Assembly (NCBI GenBank): GCA_030390025.1
Contig: CM059428.1
Span: forward strand, 168,516,001 to 168,580,000
Reading direction: 5' to 3'
DNA length: 64,000 bases
Origin: Squalus acanthias
Lineage: Eukaryota
Positions 24,501 through 39,500 of the stretch are shown piece by piece. The position numbers and the translations under genes are program-made. Below the pieces are notes generated by a model. The model was not told the origin of the DNA. It was given only the letters and a program-made list of their open reading frames with translations, and did no database searches. How positions within the stretch are numbered: the first letter of the stretch is position 1; every line of letters starts with the position of its first letter.

Positions 24501-27500
24501 TATTTAGGAAAGATAGGCAAAAAAGAAAGGGAGGTGGGGTAGCATTGCTGGTTAAAGAGGGGATTAACACAATTGAAAGGAAGGATATTAGCTCTGATGA
24601 TGCGGAATCTGTATGGGTAGAACTGAGAAATAACAAGGGGCAGAAAACGTTAGTGGGAGTGGTATACAGACCCCCAAACAATAATACGGAGGTTGGGGAC
24701 GGCATTAAAAGGGAAATTAGAGAAGCATGCAGTAAGGGCACAGCAGTCATCATGGGTGACTTTAATTTACATATAGATTGGGCTAACCAAATTAGTAAAA
24801 ATACTGTGGAGGAGGAATTCCTAGAATGTTTACGAGATGGTTTTCTGGAACAATATGTCGAGGAACGAACCAGAGATCGGGCCATCTTAGACTGGGTATT
24901 ATGTAACGAGAAAGGATTAATTAGCAATCTTGTTGTACGAGGCCCCTTGGGTCAGAGTGATCATAAGCGGGGGAAGTTATAATGGGGAACAAAGAAATGG
25001 CAGACCAATTAAATGCATATTTTGGTTCTGTCTTCACAAAGGAGGACATAAATAACCTCCCAGAGATGTTGGAGAACATACGGTCTGATGAAAGGGAGGA
25101 ACTGAAAGAAATCAGTATTTGCAGGGAAATGGTGTTAGGGAAATTGACGGGATTGAAGGCCGATAAATCCCCAGGGCCTGATAATCTACATCCTAGGGTA
25201 CTTAAGGAAGTGGCCCTAGAAATAGTAGATGCATTGCTGATCATCTTCCAACATTCGATGGAATCTGGAACTGTACCCATGGATTGGAGGGTAGCCAATG
25301 TTACCCCACTATTCAAAAAGGGTGGTAGAGAGAAAGCGGGGAATTACAGACCGGTAAGCCTGACATCAGTATTGGGGAAAATGCTAGAGTCCATTATAAA
25401 GGATGTAATAGCTGAGCACTTGAAAAACAGTGACAGGATCGGACAAAGTCAACATGGATTTACAAAAGGTAAATCGTGCTTGACTAATCTACTGGAATTT
25501 TTTGAGGATGTAACTGGGAAAATAGATAAGGGAGAACCAGTAGATGTGGTGTATTTGGACTTTCAAAAGGCTTTCGATAAGGTCCCGCATAAGAGATTAG
25601 CGTGTAAAGTTAAGGCACATGGGATTGGGGGCAAGGTATTGACTTGGATAGAGAACTGGCTGGCGGACAGAAAGCAGAGAGTAGGAATTAATGGGTCTTT
25701 TTCCGAGTGGCAAGCAGTGACTAGTGGGGTACCGCAGGGATCGGTCCTTGGACCCCAGCTATTCACAATATACATTAATGATCTAGATAAGGGAACTAAA
25801 TGTAATAACTCCAAGTTTGCAGATGACACAAAGCTGGCTGGGAGTGTGTGCTGCGAGGAGGATACCGAGAAACTCCAGGATGATTTGGACAGGTTGGGTG
25901 AGTGGGCAGAAGCGTGGCAGATGCAATATAACTTGGATAAATGCGAGGTTATCCACTTTGGTGTCAAAAACAGAAAGGCAGACTATTATCTGAATGGCAA
26001 TAGATTGGGAGAAGGGGACGTAAGCATGCAGGTGCAGCAGGCGGTAAAGAAGGCAAATGGTATGTTGGCCTTCATAGCGAAAGGGTTTGAGTATAGGAAC
26101 AGGGATGTCCTGCTGCAGTTGTACAGGGCCTTGGTGAGACCACACCTTGAGTACTGTGTGCAGTTTTGGTCGCCTTATCTGAGGAAGGATGCTCTTGCCA
26201 TGGAAGGAGTTCAGCGAAGATTCACAAGGCTGATACCTGGGATGGCAGGAATGACATATGAGGAAAGATTGGGTCGATTGGGCTTATACTCGCTGGAGTA
26301 TAGAAGAATGAGAGGGGATCTCATCGAAACATATAAAATTCTGACAGGTCTGGACAAACTAGATGCAGGAAGAATGTTCCTGATGGTCGGAGAGTCCAGA
26401 ACCAGGGGTCATAATCTAAGGATAACGGGTAAGCCATTTAGGACAGAAATGAGGAAGAATTTCTTCACCCAGAGAGTGGTGAACCTGTGGAATTCTCTAC
26501 CACAGAAGGTAGTTGAGGCCAAGTCATTAAATATATTCAAGAATGAGTTAGATATATTTCTTAAAGCTAAAGGTATCAAGGGATATGGGGAGAAGGCAGG
26601 TACAGGGTACTGAGTTTGGATGATCAGCCATGATCTCATTGAATGGCGGAGCAGGCTCGAGGGGCCGAATGGCCTACTCCTGCTCCTATCTTCTATGTTT
26701 CTATGTTTCTACGAGAGAGTGGTAGAGGCAGACAGGTTTAGGGAGGGAATTCCAAAGTTTAGGACCTAGGCAGCTGAAGGCACGGCCACCAATGGTGAAA
26801 TGAAGGAAATCGGGGGTTGCACAAGAGGCCAGAATTGGAGGAGCGCAGAGATCTTGGAGGGTTGTAGGTGGTTACAGAGATAGGGACGGGCGAGGCCATG
26901 GAGGGATTTGAATACAAGAATGAGAATTTTAAAATCGTGGCGTTGCTGGGCAGGGAGGCAATGTAGGTCAGCGAGCACAGGGGTGATGAGTGAACAGGAC
27001 TTGGTGCAAGTTGGGAGGTTCTCAAGTGAGTCCGGGAGGGTGGAAGGAGGCAATTCGGGAGGCGAGTGAGTGGTGTCCGGCAGGAATCCGCGGTTTTAAT
27101 GTGGATCTGGGATGAGTGTTCCTACTCTTCCTGGCTCCACATTAAGAACATAAGAACATAAGAAATAGGAGCAGGAGTAGGCCAATCGGCCCTTCGAGCC
27201 TGCTCCGCCATTCAATAAGATCATGGCTGATCTGATCCTCACCTCAAATCTAAAGAACACAAGAAGTAGGAGCAGGACCTGGCCACTCAGCCCCTGGGCC
27301 CGCTACGCCACCCACAGGGCCTCGACCGATCCGAACTCAGCCTCATGTCCAATTTCCTGCCCGCTCCCCGTAACCCCTAATTCCCTTTACTTCTAGGAAA
27401 CTGTCTATTTCTGTTTTAAATTTATTTAATGATGTAGCTTCCACAGCTTCCTGGGGCAGCAAATTCCACAGACCTACTACCCTCTGAGTGAAGAAGTTTC

Positions 27501-30500
27501 TCCTCATCTCAGTTTTGAAAGAGCAGCCCCTTATTCTAAGATTATGCCCCCTAGTTCTAGTTTCACCCATCCTTGGGAACATCCTTACCGCATCCACCCG
27601 ATCAAGCCCCTTCACAATCTTATATGTTTCAATAAGATCGCCTCTCATTCTTCTGAACTCTAATGAGTAGAGTCCCAATCTACTCAACCTCTCCTTGTAT
27701 GTCCACCCCCTCATCCCGGGGATTAACCGAGTGAACCTTCTTTGTACTGCCTCGAGAGCAAGTATGTCTTTTCTTAAGTATGGACACCAAAACTGTATGC
27801 AGTATTCCAGATGCGGTCTCACCAATACCTTATATAACTGCAGCAATACCTCCCTGTTTTTATAATCTATCCCCCTAGCAATAAAAGCCAACATTCCGTT
27901 GGCCTTCTTGATCACCTGCTGCACCTGTATACTAACTTTTTGATTTTCTTGCACTAGGACCCCCAGATCCCTTTGTACTGCAGTACTTTCCAGTTTCTCG
28001 CCATTAAGATAATAACTTGCTCTCTGATTTTTCCTGCCAAAGTGCATAACCTCACATTTTCCAATATTGTATTGCATCTGCCAAATCTCCGCCCACTCAC
28101 CCAGCCTGTCTATATCCCCTTGTAGGTTTTTTATGTCCTCCTCACTTTCTACTTTCCCTCCCATCTTTGTATCATCTGCAAACTTTGATATGTCACACTC
28201 GGTGTAAGGTGCGTAAAAAACATTAGATTTACCTTTAAGGATCGCTGGTTTGGCTGCTGTGCGTCTGGGAAAACTGACTGCAGCATGTACGGCGCATGCT
28301 GTGGTCAGTCGTAAACAGATTTTACAAAGGAGCCTGAAGCAGACACTAGGACTCCGATTTGCATAACTTTCAGGCGTGCGGCACACTTCCATGGAAACAT
28401 AGAAGATAGGAGCAGGAGTAGGCCATTCGGCCCCTCGAGCCTGTTCCGCCATTTAATGAGATCATGGCTGATCATCCAAATTCAGTACCCTGTCCCTGCT
28501 TTCTCCCCATATCCCTTGATCCCTTTAGCCTTAAGAAATATATCTAACTCCTTCTTGAATATATTTAATGAATTGGCCTCAACTGCCTTCTGTGGTAGAG
28601 AATTCCACAGGTTCACCACCGGTATGGAATGTGCACGTGCGTGCCACACACAATATAGGGTCTATAACAATGTCCCCTGTAAGTTTTTTTTGGGCCATGT
28701 CGACCCGTTACGTGGCAGCGCAGCCCATTCAAAATTCCGCTCATGCGCGGTTTTTTCAAATTTAAAAGCCAGCTTCCGGCCGCGCGGGAGCTCAAGAGCG
28801 CTGCGCATCCGCACAGCTTAAAGGGAACATTGGTCCACAGCACCTGTTTTTCACCAAAAAACACAGCCATTACACAATCAAATTTCTAGGCCATTATGTT
28901 GCGCAACCTTTAAAAACTTTTCCATACGGCGCAAATCTAAACTTATATGTAAAGAAAAGAAAAACATGAGGAAAATGAATTCAGTACCAACAGAGACAAC
29001 ACGATAATAAAAAAAATTAACAGAATTCAAATAGCATAAGAAATACTAAAGGTTGATTTTACGAATGTGCCTCTGGTACAGACTTTCACCCAGTTAAGCT
29101 CATTTTGGGAATTCGAGTGTTGCATTAAGCAAGCCCTGCAGGATTTTATCATAGAATAGTGCAGCACAGAAGGAGGCCATTCGGCCCATTGAGTCTGCGC
29201 CGGCTCTATGTTTGCAATTGTTATCACTAATCAATATAGCACCTACAGGTGGTTTCTAAGACAACTTAATTATGTCTTTCCATTATTTTTATATTCATTC
29301 CTGGGATGTGGGCGTCGCTGGCAGCGCCAGCATTTAATGCCCATCCCTAATTGCCCTCGAGAAGGTGGTGGCGAGCTGCCTTCTTGAACCACTGCAGTCC
29401 GTGTGGTGAATGGACTCCCAACAGTGCTGTTAGGGAGGGAGTTCCAGGATTTTGACCCAGCGACGATGAAGGAACGGCGATATATTTCCAAGTCTTACAG
29501 TTGTTACACAGTACCTTTCATGTATTTTCAGGACTTTTTATAACATGAAAGTCAAAATAAAGTTTAAAATATAATTACTCCTTAATTTCAAAAAATGAAT
29601 TGTCTTTATTATACAAGTGATAATTGTTTCAAAGCCAGTCTTCAAATCAAATTATTAAAATGGTCACAAATATATGACCTAAATTGATTTTTGTATGAAA
29701 TTCACCTCTGCCTAACTGTTTCTTAAGAGAAGACTGACTTCCAATATTATACTACTTTATATGTTAAACTTTATGTAAGAGTAAAGTAAAGGCAATGGAA
29801 TTCTGTTTAGCATTTTAAATCATTCATTTTGCCAGGGAGAGAGCCATAAAGCAGGCAGCAACAAAGAGAGGAAGATATCAAAATTGCAAGAGGTGCAATG
29901 ACGTAAGAAATAAGAAAAATGAAAGAGCCCTATATAAAATGAGTGGGAGGAATGAGTAGCACAAGTAAAAGTAAATGGCAAAAGGATGGGAGAGAAAGGA
30001 AAGGTAAAAAAAGATACTGTAAAGAGAGAAACTAAAAAGGACAAGAAGAATAAAAGGTAAGACAAATATTACATTCAGTTCTCCTAATTCCATATACCCC
30101 TGCAAATTTATATAAAATCAACAGGACATGTTCTGATTATAATTGTCCTGAAAAAATCATGTGAACTACTCTCTTCAGGCAGGCAATTGAATTATATAGT
30201 CAGTCTTGATGCTCCAGGAGAATGTTTATAAGTGCTTACAAAAAAAATCATAGGATTTAACTACTATGAGTAAAGTTGATTGTCCTACCCTTCACTTTTA
30301 AGCAGCTCTTCGTCTTTTTGTCGCCAGAATCACAGGTATATTCTCCAGAGTCTTCTAGCTTTAGATGGTGAATAAGCAATTCAACACTGGAACCATTTTG
30401 CTTCATTTCATATTTGTCACTGGGATGAAGTAGAATAGATCCCATTCTCCACTCCACTGGGGCATCTGACTTAGTAAGCTCACAGCAAAGTGTGGCAGTA

Positions 30501-33500
30501 TCTCCCTCCTGAGCTTCCATATTCTCAAGCTCTTTTTTGAAGTGCACAGGCAGGGCTAAGAGAAACAATAATTTCACTGCTTAATTCAAGCGGAAGACGA
30601 CGCCGACGGATCATAAATGACACAGGCACTATTCTCACAGTTCTCCAATACCAAAACCTCTAAACTCAGAAAAGCCTGACATTATTGTATTGATAAAGGA
30701 AATGCAGTGGATGTTACATATATTTGCAAGACACATTTCATAAGGTGTTGCATAGGAAGCACAGTGTATTAAATGGAGTGTGATTGCATGGATGGGAAGT
30801 TAGTTAAAGAACAGAACAAAAAAAATTGCAATGGTTAATGGATATTTTTTGCACTGGAGGAATATAAACAGCGGTGTCCCCAGGGTCAGAGTTCAGATTG
30901 TTGCTCTTTTCAATATACGCAGATGATCAGGATTTGGGAATAGGGTACAAAGTTAAAATTTGAAGAAGATACAAATATCGGGAGTGTTGTTAACTGTCAA
31001 GATGACTGTAAGTAACTGCAGGAGGACATACATAGGTTAATAAATTGAGCACAGATGTCAGATGAAAACATTATTTCCATTGGTCAATAAATTAGTAAGT
31101 TGAGGACGTGAATTTAAGATCATCACCAAAAGAATAAAGTGAGATGTTGGCTGATTTTTAATTTTATTTAATGGGATGGTGGGACATGGAATGCCCAACC
31201 AGAAACAGCAGTAAAAGATGGGAAGTGTGTAAATATTTTTAAAAGAAAGAGCGTTTAAGTAGACCATTCTTTCAGAGAGCCAGCAGGATGCAGTGTGAAT
31301 AGCCTCAATGCCTGCTGTAAAATTTCTCAGCCAGGAATTTTCTCGGAGCTGCTCGCACTGTACTGTTGTAACGGCAGCAGAGTGGGAGGAGCTCCGAGGA
31401 AAATCCTGGTCAAAGACTCTGTTAAACAGCACCATACAAAAAAGCCATTTGCAATTACTGTGCAAGACTCCCAATTGGCTAATTTGTTGGTTCTACAGTA
31501 ATCTGCATTATTCCCAACTGCAATTCCACCCTTTCAATGCACTGCAGGCTACAAGGAGCTATCTCTAACCTTTGCTGGTAGATTCCAGCCTACTAGGGAT
31601 GATGTAACGTCAATATACGACCCTCTGTTTAGGAAAGGTTTTGTTTGCCTTACCTTTTACTTTTAAGGAGGCAGTTGTCTGTTCATCCCCAGAGTCACAG
31701 GTGTATTCTCCAGCATCTTCAAGTTTTAAGTCATGAATAATCAGCTTAACGCTAGAACCTTTTTGCTTCATTTCATATTTGTTATTGGGCTCAAGTAGCA
31801 CAGATCCTTTTTTCCATTTTACAGGAGCATCAGGTTTGGTCAGCTCGCACTGCAATGTGGCAACACTCCCTTCTTTATGCTCTTTATTCTGAAGCTTCTT
31901 CTTGAAAAGCACTGGAAGCGCTAGAACAGTAAATTGAAGCAATTTCTTGATTAGGTGCCTCCAAAGAACTTCTTCACAGCTACATTTTACGAATTAGCAA
32001 ATGTGTATGCTCACAAGACAACATGAAATAACTGTTCACATGAATAACAACTTATATATTTTCATACATATAGATGCACATGATTACTACAAGATTTCCT
32101 TGCACATATTTGGTCATAGATAAAATAAAGTCATTGGGACAGAAATTCGGCTCCCTGGCTTCCCACGGGTGCAAGGATCGCCCACGCACCTACCTACCGC
32201 GCCTGCCGTTGACCTCTGGGCCCACGGGGACTTCGGCTCCTGGGCCTCCCCCAACTGCCGGCGCGCAGTGTTTGTGTATCCCAGGGGCGTAGTTTGTGCG
32301 ATGCGTCACCTGGGATCACATGGGCCATGGAGAGGCAATGGCAGCAGACCATCTTTCATTCATAGATTTGACAGGAAGAGCTGTCAAATCTATGAATACT
32401 GATCGGCCCCAAAATATCCCTAAAACTACAAATACATTTTTTAAAAAACATCACATTTTTAAAATAACTATAAATTACATTAATTAATTATTTTAAACAA
32501 AAATTTAAATTTTTGAAAAAATTAATTACATTTTTTAACAGGGCTAAAACTAAACTTTCCTTTCTTTAAAGTAATTAAAAAAGATAAATCTGTGAAAAAA
32601 ATGTTTAAATTTTAATAAAATCAACAATTACCTTGTTAAAAGAAGGCCTTGCGCATCCTTTTTAAAAGTGTATCTTCTCCGTGCTTACCTTCACGGAGGA
32701 ACCTGTAAAAAAAATCCGAAGTGCGAGGCGAACGCGCTGGCCCTCCGGCGTGCGCGTTCGACCTCTGAACCCCTTTCCTCAGGGGAACGGAAGTGCCGGT
32801 TTCCCACGCATGCGCAGTGCATGCAAGAAACCGGCACTTTCGTTCCGTCCACGGGTGAGTATACAGTGCGTACTCACCCGACAACAGCCGAATTTCGGCC
32901 CCATTATGAAACATGTTGCCTTCCATATTTGAGCAACAAATGGTGAAACAAGAGAATTCTTACTCTCTTTTCGAATAAAGCAATCCTCTACATTGGATTA
33001 GCCCCGTCATCCAACTGAAGAAAACAGATGGTCTTTATTTCCTTAAGAGCTTATGGTATCATTGTCAACTTGATGGTTTCCCTCCTCATACAGCCAACCA
33101 TCTTAGCACCTGAGGTCACTTCTCAATTCTCTTCAGCTAAAGAGTCTGGCAATAGCAGCACAGCCAATGGAAGTGTTGTAAAAATAACAAATGCTAAATG
33201 AGGATCTTTTTATGGCAGTAATTAATCCCAAGATAATTATAAAGAATATAATTCAGCCTATCTTAACTCACCCTTCCAGAAAAACCTGAATGCTTCACAG
33301 CAATATAGAACTACTCTTTCCATAGAACCATGGAATGTTACAGCACAGAAAGAGGCCACAGGGACGTTATCAGACAAAATTTGAGAGATATTAGGACAGG
33401 TGAATAAAAGCTGCTTGGTCGAAGAGGTAGATTTTAACGACGAGAGAGTGGTAGAGGCAGACAGGCTTAGGGAGGGAATTCCAAAGTTTAGGACCTAGGC

Positions 33501-36500
33501 AGCTGAAGGCACGGCCGCCAATGGTGAGATGAAGGAAATCGGGGGTTGCACAAGAAGTCAGAATTGGAGGAGCGCAGAGATCTTGGAGGATTGTAGGAGC
33601 TTACAGAGATAGGGACGGGCGAGGCCATGGAGGGATCTGAATACAAGAAAGAGAATTTTAAAATCGAGGTGTTGCTGGGCCGGGAGGCAATGTAGGTCAG
33701 CGAGCACAGGGGTGATGAGTGAACAGGACTTGGTGCAAGTTGGGAGGTCCTCAGGTGAGTCCGGGAGGGTGGAAGGAGGCAAGTGAGTGGTGTCCGGCAG
33801 GAATCCGCAGTTTTAATGTGGATCTGGCAAGAGTGCTCCTGGCTCCACATTAAGGTAAGTAAAAAACATTAAACTTTCCTTTAAGGATCGCTGGTTTGGC
33901 TGAGAAAACTGACTGCAGCATGTACAGCGCATGCTGTGGTCAGTCGTAAACAGATTTTACAAAGGAGCCTGAAGCAGACAATAGGACTCCGATTTGCATA
34001 ACTTTCAGGCATGCGGCACACTTCCGGTATGGAATGTGCACGTGCGTGCCACACACAATATAGGGTCTATAACAATGTCCCCTGTAAGTTTTTTTGGGCC
34101 GTGTGGACCCGTTAACGGGCAGCGCAGCCCATTCAAAATTCCACTTATGCGCGGTTTTTTCAAATTTAAAAGCCGGCTTACCGGCCGCGCGGGAGCTCAA
34201 GAGCGCTGCGTATCCGCACAGCTTAAAGGGACCATTGGTCCACACACCTGTTTTTCACCAAAAAACACAGCCATTACACAATCAAATTTCTAGGCCATTA
34301 TGTTGCGCAACCTTTAAAAACTTTCCCATACAGCGCAAATCTAAACTTATATGTAAAGAAAAGAAAAACATGATGAAAATGAATTCAGTACTAACAGAGA
34401 CAACACGATAATAAAAAAAATTAACAGAATTCAAATAGCATAAGAAATACTAAAGGTTGATTTTACCAACGTGCTTCTGGTACAGACTTTCGCTCACTTA
34501 AGCTCATTTTGGGAATTCGAGTGTTGAATTAAGCAAGCCCTGCAGGATTTTATCATAGAATAGTGCAGCACAGAAGGAGGCCATTCGGCCCATTGAGTCT
34601 GCGCCGGCTCTATGTTTGCAATTGTTATCACTAATCAATATAGCACCTACAGGCGGTTTCTAAGACAACTTAATTACGTCTTTCCATTTAAAAAAATTAA
34701 TTCCTGGGATGTGGACGTCGCTAGCAAGGCCAGCATTTATTGCCCATCCCTAATTGCCCTCGAGAAGGTGGTGGTGAGCTGCCTTCTTGAACCGCTGCAG
34801 TCCTTGCGGTGAAGGTACTTCCACAGTGCTGTTAGGGAGGGAGTTCCAGGATTTTGACCCAGCGACGATGAAGGAACGGCGATATATTTCCAAGTCTTAC
34901 AGTTGTTACACAGTACCTTTCATGTATTCTCAGGACTTTTTATAACATGAAATAGTCAAAATAAAGTTTAAAATATAATTACTCCTTAATTTCAGAAAAT
35001 GAATTGTCTTTATTATACAAGTGATAATTGTTTCAAAGCCAGTTTTCAAATCAAATTATTAAAATGGTCACAAATATATGATCTAAATTGATTTTTGTAT
35101 GAAATTCACTCTGCCTAACTGTTTCTTGTTCAAGAGAAGACTGACTTCCAATATTATACTACATTATATGTTAAACTTTATGTAAGAGTAAAGTAAAGGC
35201 AATGGAATTCTATTTAGCATTTTAAATCATTCATTTTGCCAGGGAGAGAGCCATAAAGCAGGCAGAAACAAAGAGAGGAAGATATCAAAATTGCAAGAGG
35301 TGCAATGACGTAAGAAATAAGAAAAATGAAAGAGCCCTATATAAAATGAGTGGGAGGAATGAGTAGCACAAGTAAAAGTAAATGACAAAAGGATGGGAGA
35401 GAAAGGAAAGGTAAAAAAAGACACTGTAAAAAGAGAAACTAAAAAGGACAAGAAGAATAAAAGGTAAGACAAATATTACATTCAGTTCTCCTAATTCCAT
35501 GTACCCCTGCAAATTTATATAAAATCAACAGGACGTGTTCTGATTATAATTGTCCTGAAAAAATCATGTGAACTACTCTCTTCAGGCAGGCAATTGAATT
35601 ATATAGTCAGTCTTGATGCTCCAGGAGAATGTTTATAAGTGCTTACAAAAAAAATCATAGGATTTAACTACTATAAGTAAAGTTGATTGTCCTACCCTTC
35701 ACTTTTAAGCAGCTCTTCGTCTTTTTGTCGCCAGAATCACAGGTATATTCTCCAGAGTCTTCTAGCTTTAGATGGTGAATAAGCAATTCAACACTGGAAC
35801 CATTTTGCTTCATTTCATATTTGTCACTGGGATGAAGTAGAATAGATCCCTTTCTCCACTCCACTGGGGCATCTGACTTAGTAAGCTCACAGCAAAGTGT
35901 GGCAGTATCTCCCTCCTGAGCTTCCATATTCTCAAGCTCTTTTTTGAAGTGCACAGGCAGGGCTAAGAGAAACAATAATTTCACTATTTAATTCAAGACG
36001 ACGACGGCGCAGGATCATAAATGACACAGGCACTATTCTCACAGTTCTCCAATACCAAAACCTCTGAACTCAGAAAAGCCTGACATTATTGTATTGATAA
36101 AGGAAATGCAGTGGATGTTATATATATTTGCAAGAGACATTTCATAAGGTGTTGCATAGGCTAATTTGTTGGTTCTACAGAAATCTTCATTATTCCCAAC
36201 TGCAATTCCATCCTTTCAATGCACTGCAGGTTACAAGGAGCTATCTCTAACCTTTGCTGATAGATTCCAGCCTACTAGGGATGATGTAACGTCACTACAT
36301 GACCCTCTGTTTAGGAAAGGTTTTGTTTGCCTTACCTTTTACTTTTAAGGAGGCAGTTGTCTGTTCATCCCCAGAGTCACAGGTGTATTCTCCAGCATCT
36401 TCAAGTTTTAAGTCATGAATAATCAGCTCAACGCTAGAACCTTTTTGCTTCATTTCATATTTGTTATTGGGCTCAAGTAGCACAGATCCTTTTTTCCATT

Positions 36501-39500
36501 TTACAGGAGCATCAGGTTTGGTCAGCTCGCACCGCAATGTGGCAACACTCCCTTCTTTATGCTCTTTATTCTGAAGCTTCTTCTTGAAAAGCACTGGAAG
36601 CGCTAGAACAGTAAATTGAGCAATTTCTTGATTAAGTGCCTCCAAAGAACTTCTTCACAGCTACATTTTATGAATTAGCAAATGTGTATGCTCACTAGAC
36701 AAGATGAAATAACTGTTCACATGAATAACAACTTATATATTTTCATACATAATTAAAATTATAGATAGATGCACATGATTACTACAAGATTTCCTTGCAC
36801 ATACTTGGTCATAGATAAAATAAAGTAATTATGAAACATGTTGCCTTCCATATTTGAGCAGCAAATGGTGAAACAAGAGAATTCTTACTCTCTCTTCTAA
36901 TAAAGCAATCCTCTACATTTGGATGACGGGGCTAATCCACTGAAGAAAACAGATGGTCATTATTTCCTTAAGAGCTTATGGTATCATTGTCAACATGATG
37001 GTTTCCCTCCTCATACAGCCAACCATCTTAGCACCTGAGGTCACTTCTCAATTCTCTTCAGCTAAAGAGTCTGGCAATAGCAGCACAGCCAATGGAAGTG
37101 TTGTAAAAATAACAAATGCTAAATGAGGATTTTTTTATGGCAGTAATTAATCCCAAGATAATTATAGATAAAGAATATAATTCAACCTATCTTAACTCAC
37201 CCTTCCAGAAAAACCTGAATGCTTCACAGCAATATAGAACTACTCTTTCCATAGAGTCATGGAACGTTACAGCACAGAAAGAGGCCACAGGGACGTTATC
37301 AGACAAAATTTGATACCGAGCCGCATAGAGATATTAGGACAGGTGAATAAAAGCTGCTTGGTCAAAGAGGTAGATTTTAAGGAGCAACTTAAACATCGAG
37401 AGAGTGGTAGAGGCAGACAGGTTTAGGGAGGGAATTCCAAAGTTTAGGACCTAGGCAGCTGAAGGCACGGCCACCAATGGTGAAATGAAGGAAATCGGGG
37501 GTTGCACAAGAGGCCAGAATTGGAGGAACGCAGAGATCTTGGAGGGTTGTAGGTGGTTACAGAGATAGGGACGGGCGAGGCCATGGAGGAATTTGAATAC
37601 AAGAACGAGAATTTTAAAATCGAGGCGTTGCTGGGCCGGGAGGCAATGTAGGTCAGCGAGCACAGGGGTGATGAGTGAACAGGACTTGGTGCAAGTTGGG
37701 AGGTCCTCAGGTGAGTCCGGGAGGGTGGAAGGAGGGAATTCGGGAGGCGAGTGAGCGTTGTCCGGCAGGATCCTGCGGTTTTAATGTGGATCTGGGAAGA
37801 GCGCTCCTACTCCTCCTGGCTCCACATTAAGGTGCGTAAAAATCTTTGAACTTACCTTCAAGGATCGCTGGTTTGGCTGCTGTGCGTCTGAGAAAACTGA
37901 CCGCAGCATGTAAGGCGCATGCTGTGGAATGGAATGTGCACGTGCATGCCATACACAATATAAGGTCTATAACAATGTCCCCTGTAAGTTTTTTTTGGGC
38001 CGCATGGAGCCTTTAACAGGCAGCGCAGCCCATTCAAAATTCCACTCGTGTGGTTTCTTCAATTTGAAAGCCGGCTTACCGGCCGCGCAAGAGCTCAAGA
38101 GCGCTGCACAGCTTAAAGGGAACATTGGTCCACAGCACCTGTTTTTCACCAAAAAACACAGCCATTACACAATATAATTTCGAGACCATTATGTTGTGCA
38201 ACCTTTAAAAACTTTTCCATACAGCGCAAATCTAAACTTATATGTAAAGAAAAGAAAAACCATGAGGAAAATGAATTCAGTACTAACAGAGACAACACAT
38301 AATAATAAAAAAAAATTAACAGAATTCAAATAGCATAAGAAATACTAAAGGTTGATTTTACGAATGTGCTTCTGGTACAGACTTTCACGCACTTAAGCTC
38401 ATTTTGGGAATTCGAGTGTTGAATTAAGCAAGCCCTGCAGGATTTTATCAGAGAATAGTGCAGCACAGAAGGAGGCCATTCGGCCCATTGAGTCTGCGCC
38501 GGCTCTTTTGAAGAGCAATCCAGTTACTCCCAATCCCCGGAAATTTTTTCTGCTTCAAATATTTATCCAATTCCCTTTTGAAGGCTATTATTGAATCTGT
38601 ATCCACCACCCTATCGGGCAGTGCATTCCAAATCCTAAGCACTCATTGCATAAAATTGTTTTTCCTCATGTCACCTCTGGTTCTTTTGCCAATCACCCTA
38701 AATCTGTGCCCTCTCGTTATCGACCCTTCAGCCTTTGGAAACAGTTTCTCTTGATTTACTCTATCTAGATCCTTCAAGATTTTAAACATCTTTATCAAAT
38801 CTCTCTTAGCCTTCTCTGCTGCAAGGAGAACAACTTCTCCAGTCTATCAATGTAACTGTATTCCCTCATCCCTGGAACCATTCTAGTAAATCTCTTCTGT
38901 ACCCTCTCCAAAGCCTTCACGTCCTTCCTTAAGTGTGGTGCCCAGAATTAGACACAATACTCCAGCTGGGGCTGAACTAGTGTTTTATACAGATTTAACA
39001 TAACTTCCTGGCTTTTGTACTCTATGGGCTGGATTTTGAATGACCCATGGAGTCGGGTTTGGAGGCGTGTGGGGGGTTAAATTTGCGGGGTCGGGGTTTC
39101 CGACCCCATCCCGCCTCCACGCAATTTTGACAAAATCAGTCGCGGGGTTCCCGACTCCGTCCCGCCTCCAAGAGGCAGGAGAGGCCATTAAAGCACTTTT
39201 GAAACGTTGTAGCTAGTTTAACCCTTTTCTGACGTGAAGCACGCCTGGTGTGAAACACTCCAGTGAAACCTGGCGGGAGCACAATTGGATAGCTGACTAT
39301 CAGCTGCAAGTCCACTATTACAACGGGGATGTGATGAAGGTAGGTCTCTCTCTCTCTCTCTCTCTCTCTCGCTTGCATCCAGGTCCACTCACATCAGAAG
39401 CAATGCAGACAGGTCCTCTCTCACCAGTAGCCAGACAATCTCTGAGAGCAGGCAGTCAGCAATGATGACATCATCAGAGGCGGGTTTCAGACTGAAACCA

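Larger units (their letters stand above)
22700..26710 (+). mobile_element. CR1 LINE retaining its 5' UTR, with internal deletions
   Basis: CpG-rich 5' UTR; ORF1 23220-24170 (CxxC..CxxC plus SGNH esterase); endonuclease 24293-24965; RT 24982-26613; TTCTATGT tail. Absent from units B and C; short ACG duplication at the ends. Deletions near 24967 and 26020. Confidence 0.95.
19366..38506. repeat. Tandem triplication of a two-exon unit: A 19366-29207, B 29208-34611, C 34612-38506
   Basis: Identical junction gcgccggctct|atgtttgcaattg at 29207 and 34611; collinear introns and exon pairs in all three copies. Confidence 0.95.
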
